DNA of 64,000 nucleotides from positions 32,001 to 96,000 of IMG/VR virus record IMGVR_UViG_3300022752_000024, one strand, 5' to 3'. A program made the position numbers and the translations under genes. The notes under the pieces are model-generated. The model was given only the letters and a program-made list of their open reading frames with translations. It had not been told where the DNA came from and searched no databases. Origin of the DNA: a virus. This document shows, piece by piece, positions 9,350-19,737 of the stretch; the first letter of the stretch is position 1, and each line of letters opens with the position of its first letter.

Positions 9350-9844
9350 TTAATCCTTAGCTTTATAAGTTGTATGTTTCCAGGCAAAATCAGCAACTTT
9401 CTTAAAGTGCGATTTGCTCTTATGAGCCATATCTGAAACTTTTTTCTTGTTTTCATTATTTAATGCGCCATGAACTTTCATAATTGCATTCGCTGTTTGT
9501 ACATCGACTTTCATAGAAGAACCATCTTTAAACTTCAAAGACTTTGCAGAATGATTATCAACAATAGACTTTAAATGATGCATTACATTTTCTTCGATTA
9601 CACCATCAGTTATTTCTAGTTCTTCTGCTGCCCATGCCATTTCACCATATGGAATAGTAACATATTTATTGAGTTTATCAACATAATACATTGCCACTCG
9701 TTGACCGTTTCCAAATTGGCGAATAGATTTTCTACGCATAATCAAAATAGGAGGAGGATCCATTGGTTTTGCCAATAGAGCCTGTTCGTCTTCCTGTAAA
9801 GAATCTTCTTCAGATTCATCAATAAAATCTTTTAGCGATTTCAT
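9350..9844 (-). CDS. Prohead core/internal protein candidate (gp68 position)
   Basis: Between gp20 and gp21; N-terminus MKSLKDFIDE resembles the T4 capsid-targeting sequence. Confidence 0.6.
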   Translation of the reverse strand: MKSLKDFIDESEEDSLQEDEQALLAKPMDPPPILIMRRKSIRQFGNGQRVAMYYVDKLNKYVTIPYGEMAWAAEELEITDGVIEENVMHHLKSIVDNHSAKSLKFKDGSSMKVDVQTANAIMKVHGALNNENKKKVSDMAHKSKSHFKKVADFAWKHTTYKAKD

Positions 9845-10014
9845 TCTTCTTCGTAATCTTCTTGGTCTTCGTTAGAAATAAAATTTCTTGCGATTTCTTG
9901 TTTTTTTGCTTCAATGTGTGAATTAACTCTATCCATAATTTCGGAGTATAGAGCATCACGCATTGCAACAGCGTTGTCATCATCCGCATAATCAATAATT
10001 GCTCTTGTAGTCAT
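9841..10014 (-). CDS. Small acidic prohead core protein (gp67-like)
   Basis: ATG at 10014 after AAAGGA; very acidic C-terminus; immediately downstream of the portal gene. Confidence 0.65.
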   Translation of the reverse strand: MTTRAIIDYADDDNAVAMRDALYSEIMDRVNSHIEAKKQEIARNFISNEDQEDYEEE

Positions 10015-10043
10015 TTTAATTCCTTTCAATACTGGTCATTTTA

Positions 10044-10051
10044 TATTTATA
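10044..10051 (-). promoter_or_regulatory. Late promoter TATAAATA
   Basis: Exact consensus overlapping the gp20 stop, upstream of the gp67-like gene. Confidence 0.8.
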
Positions 10052-11687
10052 ATATTCTAGAAAGTCTCTTTATTGTAGATTCTTCATTAGAACTTTGTTG
10101 CGATTTTTCTTGATCTTGTTGTTCCGGATCTTGTTGAGCATCCATTTGAGTCTGCATTATCATTTGTTGCTGAGTCACAGCATTTTTAATATCAGTTGGA
10201 ACTTCAAATCCGTTTTTCTTTTCTTTTTCGATTTCAATATCAATACTTCTAATTTCTTCATCATCCATTCTAAGAACATTTCTACGAATCCATCCCATAG
10301 AATAATATGTACCAGTATACGGATCAACTTGTTGCAGTAACGAAAGTCTTTCTTTCATTAACTCTGCGTCTTTTAACTCAGTAAAGTTGTTATCTTTAAT
10401 GAAGTCATAGAAAATATGTTCTTTAAATTCATTGTATTCTGCATCAGTACAGATACCTTTTAGTACACATTGAACTCTTAATGCTTGGTCAAATAATTCA
10501 GCAAATTTATTACGAAGTCTACCAATAAATTTTGAAAATTTTAATTCGTCTCTGGTAATCTCAGATGAACGACCAATACTAAAACCTGATGCTGACTCTA
10601 AACGAGAAGTCGGTACGTTTAAACACTTGTATAGCTTCTTTTCGAAATACTTAACATCTTCTAATTCACCAAGATTTTGACCTCCTGGCAATGTAGTGAT
10701 CTCTGTTCCTTTGCCGCCTTCTCTACGAGGTAACCAAAAATCTTCCATCATAGATAAGAACTTGCGGTCATCACGAACTTCACCAGTATTGGCATCGTAA
10801 ACTAATTTATTCTTGTATTTAACCATAATATCACGCAGGTATTGTTCAGCTTTAAGCTTAGGTAAATTACCTACATCAATGTAAAAAATTCTTCTTTCTG
10901 GTGCTCTAGAAATACGATAGATAACCGTAGCATCTTCAATCATACGCAATTGATTTAATGGCTTAATTGCTTTATGTAGATACGACAAAACCACTGCTCT
11001 GCGAGAATCCATTAGTCCAGAATTAATATTAATGATGGAATCTTTGGTAATTCTAGTACCTACTGGACCATAATTAGACTGTGATCCAGAAATAGCCTTG
11101 TCATTATAGATGTAATACTCATTGATTACATTCATAATATCTACACCAGATCGATCATCTTTCTTCTTTTTAATTTCACGAACTTTACGAATTTTGCGAG
11201 GATCAACATAGCGAAGTTCTTTAATACCTAAAGTTGGATTATCTCTATCAATAATAATATGATAAAATAATCTTCCATCAATATAGTATCTTCTGAAAAT
11301 ATCTTGTGCCATGTTGTTATAGTTCAACAGACGAAGAATAGTGTTAAATTCTTCAGTTATGGCTTTTTTAATTTTGTCAGGTTGTTTTAACGAGTCCATA
11401 ACAATCTTAATGTTTTTGCCGTCATCGTCTTGTACTATAGCTTCATTCATTATGTCATCAATAGCGGACTCTATTTCTGGCTGCATAGCCATCTCACGAT
11501 AGCGAGAGATTAATTCTACTTCATTCTTTGCAGTACCGTCTAAGTCAACATATGTACCATAATAAGCAGCAGATGTAATGGTGAGCGCACCGTCATCATT
11601 ATTAGGGACGGCAAACGACTGCTGAACTTTTGCATCATCTTCAGCAGTTTGTCTTGATATCGTAAAACCAAATAAACTTAGAGCCAA
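10047..11687 (-). CDS. gp20: Portal vertex protein
   Basis: LSYLHKAIKPLNQLRMIEDA, YRISRAPERRIFYIDVGNLP, EDFWLPRREGGKGTEITTLPGG; TTG start after GGAG. Confidence 0.98.
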   Translation of the reverse strand: MALSLFGFTISRQTAEDDAKVQQSFAVPNNDDGALTITSAAYYGTYVDLDGTAKNEVELISRYREMAMQPEIESAIDDIMNEAIVQDDDGKNIKIVMDSLKQPDKIKKAITEEFNTILRLLNYNNMAQDIFRRYYIDGRLFYHIIIDRDNPTLGIKELRYVDPRKIRKVREIKKKKDDRSGVDIMNVINEYYIYNDKAISGSQSNYGPVGTRITKDSIININSGLMDSRRAVVLSYLHKAIKPLNQLRMIEDATVIYRISRAPERRIFYIDVGNLPKLKAEQYLRDIMVKYKNKLVYDANTGEVRDDRKFLSMMEDFWLPRREGGKGTEITTLPGGQNLGELEDVKYFEKKLYKCLNVPTSRLESASGFSIGRSSEITRDELKFSKFIGRLRNKFAELFDQALRVQCVLKGICTDAEYNEFKEHIFYDFIKDNNFTELKDAELMKERLSLLQQVDPYTGTYYSMGWIRRNVLRMDDEEIRSIDIEIEKEKKNGFEVPTDIKNAVTQQQMIMQTQMDAQQDPEQQDQEKSQQSSNEESTIKRLSRIL

Positions 11688-11712
11688 AATATTTCTCCTA
11701 CATTATAAAATC

Positions 11713-11750
11713 AAAAAAAAAACATAGAGAGAGAACCAAAGTTCTCTCTC
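11713..11750 (-). terminator. Rho-independent terminator between gp19 and gp20
   Basis: GAGAGAGAAC-TTTG-GTTCTCTCTC then TATG and a long T run on the minus strand. Confidence 0.8.
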
Positions 11751-11762
11751 AAATAAATCAAA

Positions 11763-12305
11763 TTATGTTGTTGTGTTAGTTTCCCACCATTGATATGCAA
11801 AGGTGGCTTGATATTCTTCGATAGAATCATTATTACCCCAATCTAGATCAATTGGAGAAATATCTACTGGAAACATACCTACGAAGTTATAAGTTTTTAA
11901 CACATTACCTGCTTTGCCATATTGAGTAACTAAGGCATCTACAGTATATCCTGCAGGATTTGATGCAGCACCATTTCTAATGTTTCCTGCATTACTGTTG
12001 ATTGCATTCATCCACGACTCTAGAGAATTTCTAATAGTAAAATCTTCATCATTGATGATTGTTAGTGACCAGTCTGCAAAATTTCTATTTCCCGCAAACT
12101 TTAGTTCACGACCAAAATAAAATAATGGAGCAATACCAATTGATGATCCTGGTAATTGTGCTGATTTTGCCATAAATGTAGCTTTGGATCCAGCAACGGA
12201 TCCATTAGCCGCAATAGTTGGGAATGTTAATGTCACGGCAAATAGATTAGGACGGGCACCATCTCCCGTCATATTTGCTCTAAATTCTGATACGTTAAAA
12301 GCCAT
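11763..12305 (-). CDS. gp19: Tail tube protein
   Basis: GARPNLF, LPGSSIG, GRELKFAGNRNFADW, FPVDISPIDLDW, YQWW. Confidence 0.96.
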   Translation of the reverse strand: MAFNVSEFRANMTGDGARPNLFAVTLTFPTIAANGSVAGSKATFMAKSAQLPGSSIGIAPLFYFGRELKFAGNRNFADWSLTIINDEDFTIRNSLESWMNAINSNAGNIRNGAASNPAGYTVDALVTQYGKAGNVLKTYNFVGMFPVDISPIDLDWGNNDSIEEYQATFAYQWWETNTTT

Positions 12306-12326
12306 TATTGTCTCCTATTGTTCTTT

Positions 12327-12334
12327 TATTTATT
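12327..12334 (-). promoter_or_regulatory. Late promoter (AATAAATA) for gp19
   Basis: ATAAATA core upstream of the gp19 RBS (AGGAG). Confidence 0.65.
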
Positions 12335-14098
12335 AGATAGCGCCAGTGACTTCAGTAAACTGAACTCCAGTACCAACTGCAATAAAGTTTAGTCTGATAA
12401 AGTTAATAGAACGAGCAGGCTTAATATAAATGTCTCCAATGAATTGGTTGCTATCGATAACTTGTGGTGTGTTGTTTGTCGTGTCGCAAACTACTCGGAA
12501 ATCATAGATACCGCGGCGACCTTGAACATCACGCAAGAATGGAGCTACCAGAGCAACAAACTGCGCTCTAGTAAAGTCATCGTAAATTCAAATAGTGAAT
12601 ATTTTGCTGCTCTAGCGATTGCTTTCTCTAAAACAATAAACAGTCTACGAACATTGATTCTATCAAAAGCTGAAGGTTTAGCTTGTAGAGTTTTGTCACC
12701 ATACAGAACTGTACCATTTCCTGGGAATGAAACAATAGGATTAATACCTACTGGATATAAAATATCTCTTTGAGTTTGATTTGGATTCCAAGCAAGTTTA
12801 ACTGCATTCTTTACTGCACCGCGGTTAAAACCAGCTGGTGAGTACCAAGGATCACGAACAGAATCCGTGTATACGCATAGTCCAGCAACATCACCATTCA
12901 AAGGAATATAACGATATACACCATTATATTTGTCGTACATATACTTCCATCCGCTATCTGCAACAACGTATGAACTTGAACGAGACAGAGTATTTAACCA
13001 AGTTTGAATATTTGTAGTCTCATTACCGGTCTGGTTAACAACACTAGAATATGGTGGAGAAATAAATGCGATAGCATCTCCAGATCGACCAGTGACACTA
13101 CCAGCACTTGTTACAATGTTATCTATAACGTACTGTTGAACTGTAGTACTAGCATCTCCTGTTAGTACCAAAGAAACATCTACAGCGTCTTTATTTGCAA
13201 ATAAAGAAAAAGCAGATTGTAAATTGGCGTCAGAAATTGCTACATCAGTTCCTCCGGATAATGCTATAGTCGCATTTCCATTTGGATATGTATCTGTAGA
13301 GATTCTAGCAAAAGTCTTTCCTGCTGCTGTAGTGCCCCATGTTGCAACTGTATTCGAATAGTCAGCAGGATCCATAGCATGAACATACTTAGATTGTGCA
13401 GCTACTACATTTTTCCAGTAGGTAGTTTGATTGTTTCCGTCTGTTGCATCAAATGCTTTAGATACATACGAAAACACTTCTAAAACAGTACCTTTTGTTC
13501 CCGTAAACAGTCCACCTGCATCTGTGACTGCAATGTGAAATTCATCGTTAGCTCCACCCGCATTACTTACATATGTTGATGTTCCTGGTGCACCATTTAC
13601 CAAACCAGACCACGACTTTGATACGCTTCCAGTAGTAATAGTTGCGTTAGAAAACAGAGTTGTGTTACTAGAATCAAAAATGTCAACTTGAATTGAGTTT
13701 CCTAATGCACCAGGATATCTTGCTGCAAAAGGACCATAGGTGTTTGCATTATTATTAAAATGGTAGTTTGCTTCATAAACGTCATCATTAGCAATTTGTA
13801 TTTGGTTTGATGTATTAGCGTCAGCATTATACGTAACATTTGTGACTGCACGAACTACACGCAAATCGTTTCCGTATGCTAAAAAGCTTGCTGCTGTGTA
13901 GTATCCAATGTATGTGTTAGAGTTTGGTTGACCAAAAACACTAGCCAAAGTAGTTTCACTATCGATAGGCTTTATAACGTTCGCTGGACCCCAGGCAAAC
14001 CTGCCAGCAAAGGCACCGGTTGACGATGAGACCGAAGGAACAACGGTTGTTAAGTCGACTTCATTTACGACTACTCCCGGAGATAACTGAATTGCCAT
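12333..14098 (-). CDS. gp18: Tail sheath protein, split by a 1-nt frameshift near 12583
   Basis: SPGVVVNEVDLT...WYSPAGFNRG...FDRINVRRLF...YSLFEF, then the conserved continuation DDFTRAQFVALVAPFLRDVQGRRGIYDF...KPARSINFI is in another frame; TTT AC GAT where TTT AAC GAT is expected. Confidence 0.93.
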
Positions 14099-14150
14099 TT
14101 TTTTCTCCCTATTCTATTATAAGTTTGGCAGGTATTAAAACTATATTGTA

Positions 14151-14158
14151 TATTTAGA
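14151..14158 (-). promoter_or_regulatory. Late promoter variant (TCTAAATA) for gp18
   Basis: CTAAATA in the gp17-gp18 intergenic gap. Confidence 0.6.
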
Positions 14159-14163
14159 AAATA

Positions 14164-15849
14164 TCAATTTCTCATAATTTCTTTAAAATATTCTCCATAA
14201 ACGTCATCTTTTCCTCCAGCAACCCAAACATCTCCATCTTCAACTAAAAAAGGAACATCTAGTCCATTATCCATAATGAGTGAAGGAACATATTCATCTT
14301 CTATTTGTGACAGCTTTTCTAATTGAAGTTGTTTTCTCAGGTCATGGTTAACCACATCTTTAAAATATTTCTGTGTGGTCATCCATGCAAACATTACGTT
14401 AGTCATCACCATATCATCAGTCTTACCTTCTTCTGCTTTCCATGTTACTCCGTCGGAAACAAAAGATGTTAATTCTGAGATTGTATCAAAATCTTTAATT
14501 ATAAGCTTATTATTTTCAATAAGCATTTTTAAATTTGTGCAACCAATTCGTTTAACTTGGGTGCTCATTTTTAACCCAAGTTGAACACCTCTACCAAATC
14601 CTGCTGAGATTTGCTGTGCTTTTTTATTTCCGGTTTGAACTTTTATGAGGTTTTCATATTCAAGTTCACTGTGCAAAATTTCAGCAATTTGCGGAGTATT
14701 ATTAATTTCCACTAATACATGTGCATTATTATACAGTTTTGCAGCATTGTATATGATGGTAGGAAATAAAACCGGAGAGATGAATGAACTAGCATATTTA
14801 GCTACTTGCCTATATGGGGTTTCAGATATGTCAAATATTGAAAATGCCGACAAGTCCATGCTCTTGCCTTCTGCCACGTCCACGCACATTGCATAAGTAT
14901 GATCTTTTGTTATTTCTCCATCGCCAATAACTGGAGCCTCATAGACATCTAGTATTTCTTCTTTGGCAATTTTCTTTTTTTCGATAGGATCAGTATACGC
15001 TAGTTCTTGTAATTTAGATCCTGCAATTAAAGTATTTGTTGAACCCAAGAATTCTGTACAGAATTCTTGTTGGAATTGTCGTTCTGAAGTGTTTCGAATG
15101 GTTTCTTCACGCCACTCTGATGTTCTTCCTGGTACCATTGACCAGTGAATTTCAAATGTTTTATAGTTATTCTTCTTATTAATTGCATCCATCCACAACT
15201 TATAAAACAAATTCATTCCATTTGGAGTAGAAACAATAATAATCTTTGTTGTTTTACCAGAAGAAATGACGGGATAGACGGAGTTGAAGAATTCATGAGC
15301 AATACTAGATGGAACAAAAGCAAATTCATCAAGAAAAACAATATTAAATGATCCACCACGTACTGCTGAAGATGATGTTGCAGCAGCAATTACTTTTGAG
15401 CCATTTTCGAGTTCAATATTTCTTTTGTTCCATGTGATCACACCTTGCTGCAACCACATAGGAAGATTTTCGTATGCTAACTGATATTTTCCAAGGATAT
15501 CTTGAGCTAATTGTCCTTTGTTGGCTAGAACAGCAATACTCTGTGAGTCTTGAAATATTGATGCCCAGAGAAGATAAGCAACTGTAGTAGTAGTTTTACC
15601 AACTTGACGAGGACACTTGGTAATAGAAAAACGATTCTCGTGATATGTTTTAATCATATCTCGTTGAAAATTCCACATCTTAAAATCCATCAACCCTTCA
15701 TCAACGTTGACAATTTTAATATATTTTTCTGAAAAGTATATAGGATCCTTAGAGCATTTGATGTATTCTTCGATCTGCTCTTTCGTATATTCTAGTTTTA
15801 CTCCTGCTCGTTTAAGCAGAGGATTGTCTCTGTAAGCTGTTTTATCCAT
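14164..15849 (-). CDS. gp17: Terminase large subunit
   Basis: PRQVGKTT (Walker A), FLDEFAF (Walker B), STPNG, DVAEG nuclease motif, DDMVM. Confidence 0.98.
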   Translation of the reverse strand: MDKTAYRDNPLLKRAGVKLEYTKEQIEEYIKCSKDPIYFSEKYIKIVNVDEGLMDFKMWNFQRDMIKTYHENRFSITKCPRQVGKTTTTVAYLLWASIFQDSQSIAVLANKGQLAQDILGKYQLAYENLPMWLQQGVITWNKRNIELENGSKVIAAATSSSAVRGGSFNIVFLDEFAFVPSSIAHEFFNSVYPVISSGKTTKIIIVSTPNGMNLFYKLWMDAINKKNNYKTFEIHWSMVPGRTSEWREETIRNTSERQFQQEFCTEFLGSTNTLIAGSKLQELAYTDPIEKKKIAKEEILDVYEAPVIGDGEITKDHTYAMCVDVAEGKSMDLSAFSIFDISETPYRQVAKYASSFISPVLFPTIIYNAAKLYNNAHVLVEINNTPQIAEILHSELEYENLIKVQTGNKKAQQISAGFGRGVQLGLKMSTQVKRIGCTNLKMLIENNKLIIKDFDTISELTSFVSDGVTWKAEEGKTDDMVMTNVMFAWMTTQKYFKDVVNHDLRKQLQLEKLSQIEDEYVPSLIMDNGLDVPFLVEDGDVWVAGGKDDVYGEYFKEIMRN

Positions 15850-15851
15850 TA

Positions 15852-16250
15852 TTATCTTTGCGTTGTTCTCTCAACTTGATCGTCTTTCATATGCCAAGGA
15901 ACAGTAACTTTTCTTTGGTAATGAGTCTTTACATGCTCATATGGACTTGCACTTCTTGATCCTAAATGATATGATGCATGATGAGTGTATCCATCTTCAT
16001 CTTTTTTAGATGAAGCAACTTGAACTTTTCTTACCTTAAAGTTGTCATATGATTTGGTTTTAATTCTATAATGCAGATGTCCAGAACCACCATGTGCAAG
16101 ATCATGATTTGCTAATATTCTGTGTTCTTTGCTGGCATGAATTTGTTTAAGTGCAGTTTTAGGTATGTGTTTGGCTAAATCAGAACTTGACATCCATTCG
16201 GAGGTATGTTCATCTTCAGACTCTTTAACATACTCTATAAAATTTCTCAT
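15852..16250 (-). CDS. His-rich hypothetical protein, possible head-internal protein
   Basis: 132-aa ORF coupled between the HAD gene and gp17; N-terminus MRNFIEYVKE. Confidence 0.6.
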   Translation of the reverse strand: MRNFIEYVKESEDEHTSEWMSSSDLAKHIPKTALKQIHASKEHRILANHDLAHGGSGHLHYRIKTKSYDNFKVRKVQVASSKKDEDGYTHHASYHLGSRSASPYEHVKTHYQRKVTVPWHMKDDQVERTTQR

Positions 16251-16891
16251 TTGAGTGATCTAGTCGTTAAGACAACGTTACCTGTTTTTGGATCATGATC
16301 CACATGATGAGCATGAAGTTCTACATCAGGATGATCTTGTTTGAGACTCAAAAAATGATTTAAGTTTTGATGTGAATCATCATATAGATGAACTTTTTTA
16401 TATCCGTGTTTTTTGATGAGATTACTAATAACTTTTCTTTTGTTGTCACCAGGAGAATCACCAGATAAATTTCCTGCTCTACGAACATGAATCTCGTTTG
16501 GATCAATGCCATGCTTTTGCAAAGCACTCATAAAACCTTTTTTATCATCCATGTCAGACCGTGCAGTAACAATCTCTACATTCTTATTTTTTTTATGAAT
16601 AGCTTTTAGTTTAGAAATCATCTTATGAATAGGATGAGCAGACTGATTAAATACATGAGTTGATCTAAAATCTCCAAAATCATATGAGTGACCATGCTGT
16701 AATTTATGGTCATTAAATTCTTGATTGGTTAATGAATGTACTCGTTTACCTTTCTCATCATTTACATGAACTTTTACTTTAGTGTGATCGTGATGAAATA
16801 ATGTTTCATCCATATCAAAGGCATGGAGAGTTTTTGATTTTGGATCTTTTGTTTCTGAAATTTCTTCTCTTAAATACCTAAAGTATTTCAT
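16247..16891 (-). CDS. HAD-superfamily phosphatase-like protein
   Basis: Motif I AFDMDETL, motif II IVTAR, motif III K, motif IV LYDDS; inserted between gp16 and gp17. Confidence 0.75.
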   Translation of the reverse strand: MKYFRYLREEISETKDPKSKTLHAFDMDETLFHHDHTKVKVHVNDEKGKRVHSLTNQEFNDHKLQHGHSYDFGDFRSTHVFNQSAHPIHKMISKLKAIHKKNKNVEIVTARSDMDDKKGFMSALQKHGIDPNEIHVRRAGNLSGDSPGDNKRKVISNLIKKHGYKKVHLYDDSHQNLNHFLSLKQDHPDVELHAHHVDHDPKTGNVVLTTRSLK

Positions 16892-17307
16892 TCTTTACCT
16901 TTCAACATTTTGTTTAGGTCTGCTGTGCTGCCAACAAAAATAGCTTTATCTATTTTAGTCGTACCTGTTTCTTTTCCTGCTGCTTTATTCATCTCTCGCA
17001 TTTGTTTTTGCAGAATAATTAGTTTTTCGTTAGCATCAGCAACATTTTTAATCATAGTAGCTGCAACTTCAAATGCTCTTGGATGTTGAGAATCTCTTGC
17101 TATATCTAAGATAGTATCAATAGCGTCAACACCTTTCTCAATAATTTCTTCATAATTTTGGCGAACTTTGTTGTAATCTTTCTGCAAATCGCTATCTAAT
17201 CTTTCATTATCATTTGCAATAGGTTCTTTGACAACAATAGGATTTTCTTTTACAACTGTTGGTGATACATCAAAAATATCACTCATATTTTTTTCAAACT
17301 TAGACAT
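16888..17307 (-). CDS. gp16: Terminase small subunit
   Basis: DYNKVR, HPRAFEV, IFVGSTADL. Confidence 0.92.
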   Translation of the reverse strand: MSKFEKNMSDIFDVSPTVVKENPIVVKEPIANDNERLDSDLQKDYNKVRQNYEEIIEKGVDAIDTILDIARDSQHPRAFEVAATMIKNVADANEKLIILQKQMREMNKAAGKETGTTKIDKAIFVGSTADLNKMLKGKE

Positions 17308-17322
17308 TATTTTGTTCCATAA

Positions 17323-19731
17323 TTAAAATGTTGCATTACTTGGGAATCTCAATGTAGGAGATGAATTATATAATATTCGAACTGCACCACTAGATCCTGC
17401 AAGAGCAACATATGGTATATCTGGAGTTAAATTATATAAGCTGGTGCTTGTGCTATACTCAACATTAGCAGCATATCTATTTCCTGCACCATAGCCTGTT
17501 TGACCCGCACCAACATATGCATCTCTCAAACTACCATTTGGTGCGCTACCTACTGTAGTACCATATAGACCTATTCCTCCAGGAGAAATCAATTGACCTA
17601 TTGTTCCACCGCCACCTCCTCCAGAACCTAATGTAGCATTACCAAAACCAACACTATTAGATCCATCTCCTCCATTTCCTAAATATCCTGCTGCTCCACC
17701 GCCACCATAAGTTCTTCCTGTTCCTCCTACTGCTCCAACTACTCCAGAAATTCCGTCATATGATCCTCCTGGCTGATCTGCGGTATTTGCAACATCTCCA
17801 ACAGAAGATGAACTATAGTTAACTGTTCCTTGTGGAGCAGAAGAACCTCGATACGCTCTTACTATAACAGTACCATTTGGAGACACAAATCTAGTATTTG
17901 CGAGACTGCTAGAAGCATCACCTCTTCCGCTTCCGACTACAACTGTATAAATGTCTCCTTGATTTACTGATATATCATTAATATAAGCTAATCCACCTCC
18001 ACCACCAGCAGAATTTAATCTATAATTATTCGTATAATCAGGATCGGAACCTGTTTGATATGCTCCGCGAACTGAAGTATACCCTCCAGGTCCAACAGCA
18101 ACAATACTAACATTACTTGCACCAGTAGGAACAGTCCAAGAATATGTTCCTGGTGAATTAAATATTACTTCTCTTAAAAGAGTAGAAGTAGTAGTATATT
18201 GAAAAGTATTTGCAGCCGAGAAATTATTATAGAAATCATTCGCAGTATTTGCTGATACTGTTACTGTAATTGCAGTATTTAATGGTAAATCTACTCCTAA
18301 TGTCAAAGCATTAGAAGAAACAGAATTGCTAAGTATTGGATATATAGTTGCGCCGCTTGACACTACAATATTTTGTACATTTTTAGTGTTTATATTTCTA
18401 TTAAATTGAATAATGATGTTATTGTCGGGTGCTGCCGATAAAGATTTTCCAGGGTTAATGGCATTAGGAGTAAACGGACTGGTTGCATAAGAAGTTGTGA
18501 TACTTCCAGATCGTAGATTTTTTGTTTGCGTACCACCAACATAACTGTATCCTCCTGGTTGAACAGATATAGTTACACTACCATCTTGATTTGGTGGTGG
18601 AGTATAATCAAACAGATACGAAGTAGTATCATCAATTGCTTCTCTTAAATTTGAAATTGTTCCAACCGTAGCATTAAACTTACTTATTGCTATACTATTA
18701 CTAGTATTCATAAGATTTCTAGTAAAAAATGACACAGAAGGACTTACTCTATAAGTAACAGTAGTATTTCCTATTCCACTTGTACCAAAATTTGATGAAT
18801 AATTTAAAAAATTAGCACTTAATGTATCTGCTGCAACATATAATTTGAGTTTTTTTCCTATCTGATTAAATACACTGGTTCTTACGTTATCTCTAAATGA
18901 CGATGGATTAACATATATTGTTGCAATACCGGTTGCTGTACTAGTGGTAATTACGTTAAAAGTTCTTAATCCTGCAACTATTCCTAGTGTTGCAGCATTT
19001 GATATTCCTGTTCCCGTTGAACTCAAAATCATATCAGAAATATCAAAACTGTTTACACCAACACCACTGGTTATCCTAGCACCCATATCAGAAGGAAGTA
19101 TTCTGACATTGCAAGTGTATGTTCCTGAATTGAATATATATTGACCAACATTACGAGGCGGCTCTACTACTGCTGTTAAGAATGGATACAAATTTAATAT
19201 TGCTGTGTTTGATTCTTGATTATAATTGTTTCCATATTGTGCTGTAGATGTGGTACTATTTTTTGGTAAAACAATTGTTGCATTAAATCCATTTCGTATA
19301 CCACCTGCTATTTTTGGTGTTGGTTGGAAAGAACCAAAATCTTCCAAAGTATCCATAGTGAACACGGAAGTAAATGAACTCGATATTATACTTGGACTTA
19401 TCGATGATAGTGTACCATTGGTTACAATTACTTTATCTGCAATAAAAGGATTAACTAAAACCGGAGCATTATTAGCATCGGTAAAAGTAAAAGTTAAGTT
19501 TGCTTTCATTTGGTTACCGGATCTAATACCAGTAACTATTGAATCAGTTCCTTCACTTGTGCTATATAAATCATACGCATCTGACGTTATTGTACAAAAA
19601 ACATTAGATACTGATGCTGGTGGAATATATGTAAGACTAAGATCCCATGCCGAACCATTCCACGTATACACTCTTCCATTTAATGTATAAGTATCATTCG
19701 TTGCAGGGTTGCTAGGAAAAGTAAATGGCAT
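17323..19731 (-). CDS. Virion structural/fibre protein with Ig-like and C-terminal glycine-rich domains
   Basis: FPSNPATNDTYTLNGRVYTWNG N-terminus; S/T/N-rich beta content; FNSPGTYSWTVP...GGGGG glycine-rich domain. Confidence 0.65.
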   Translation of the reverse strand: MPFTFPSNPATNDTYTLNGRVYTWNGSAWDLSLTYIPPASVSNVFCTITSDAYDLYSTSEGTDSIVTGIRSGNQMKANLTFTFTDANNAPVLVNPFIADKVIVTNGTLSSISPSIISSSFTSVFTMDTLEDFGSFQPTPKIAGGIRNGFNATIVLPKNSTTSTAQYGNNYNQESNTAILNLYPFLTAVVEPPRNVGQYIFNSGTYTCNVRILPSDMGARITSGVGVNSFDISDMILSSTGTGISNAATLGIVAGLRTFNVITTSTATGIATIYVNPSSFRDNVRTSVFNQIGKKLKLYVAADTLSANFLNYSSNFGTSGIGNTTVTYRVSPSVSFFTRNLMNTSNSIAISKFNATVGTISNLREAIDDTTSYLFDYTPPPNQDGSVTISVQPGGYSYVGGTQTKNLRSGSITTSYATSPFTPNAINPGKSLSAAPDNNIIIQFNRNINTKNVQNIVVSSGATIYPILSNSVSSNALTLGVDLPLNTAITVTVSANTANDFYNNFSAANTFQYTTTSTLLREVIFNSPGTYSWTVPTGASNVSIVAVGPGGYTSVRGAYQTGSDPDYTNNYRLNSAGGGGGLAYINDISVNQGDIYTVVVGSGRGDASSSLANTRFVSPNGTVIVRAYRGSSAPQGTVNYSSSSVGDVANTADQPGGSYDGISGVVGAVGGTGRTYGGGGAAGYLGNGGDGSNSVGFGNATLGSGGGGGGTIGQLISPGGIGLYGTTVGSAPNGSLRDAYVGAGQTGYGAGNRYAANVEYSTSTSLYNLTPDIPYVALAGSSGAVRILYNSSPTLRFPSNATF

Positions 19732-19737
19732 AATATA

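Noticed and set aside
12333-12536. Separate 67-aa gene
   Set aside because: It is the conserved C-terminus of gp18, displaced by the 1-nt indel.
3005-15849. Introns, inteins or homing endonucleases in uvsW, gp23, gp20 or gp17
   Set aside because: All have ordinary lengths with continuous motifs; no intein termini or LAGLIDADG/GIY-YIG/HNH ORFs seen.
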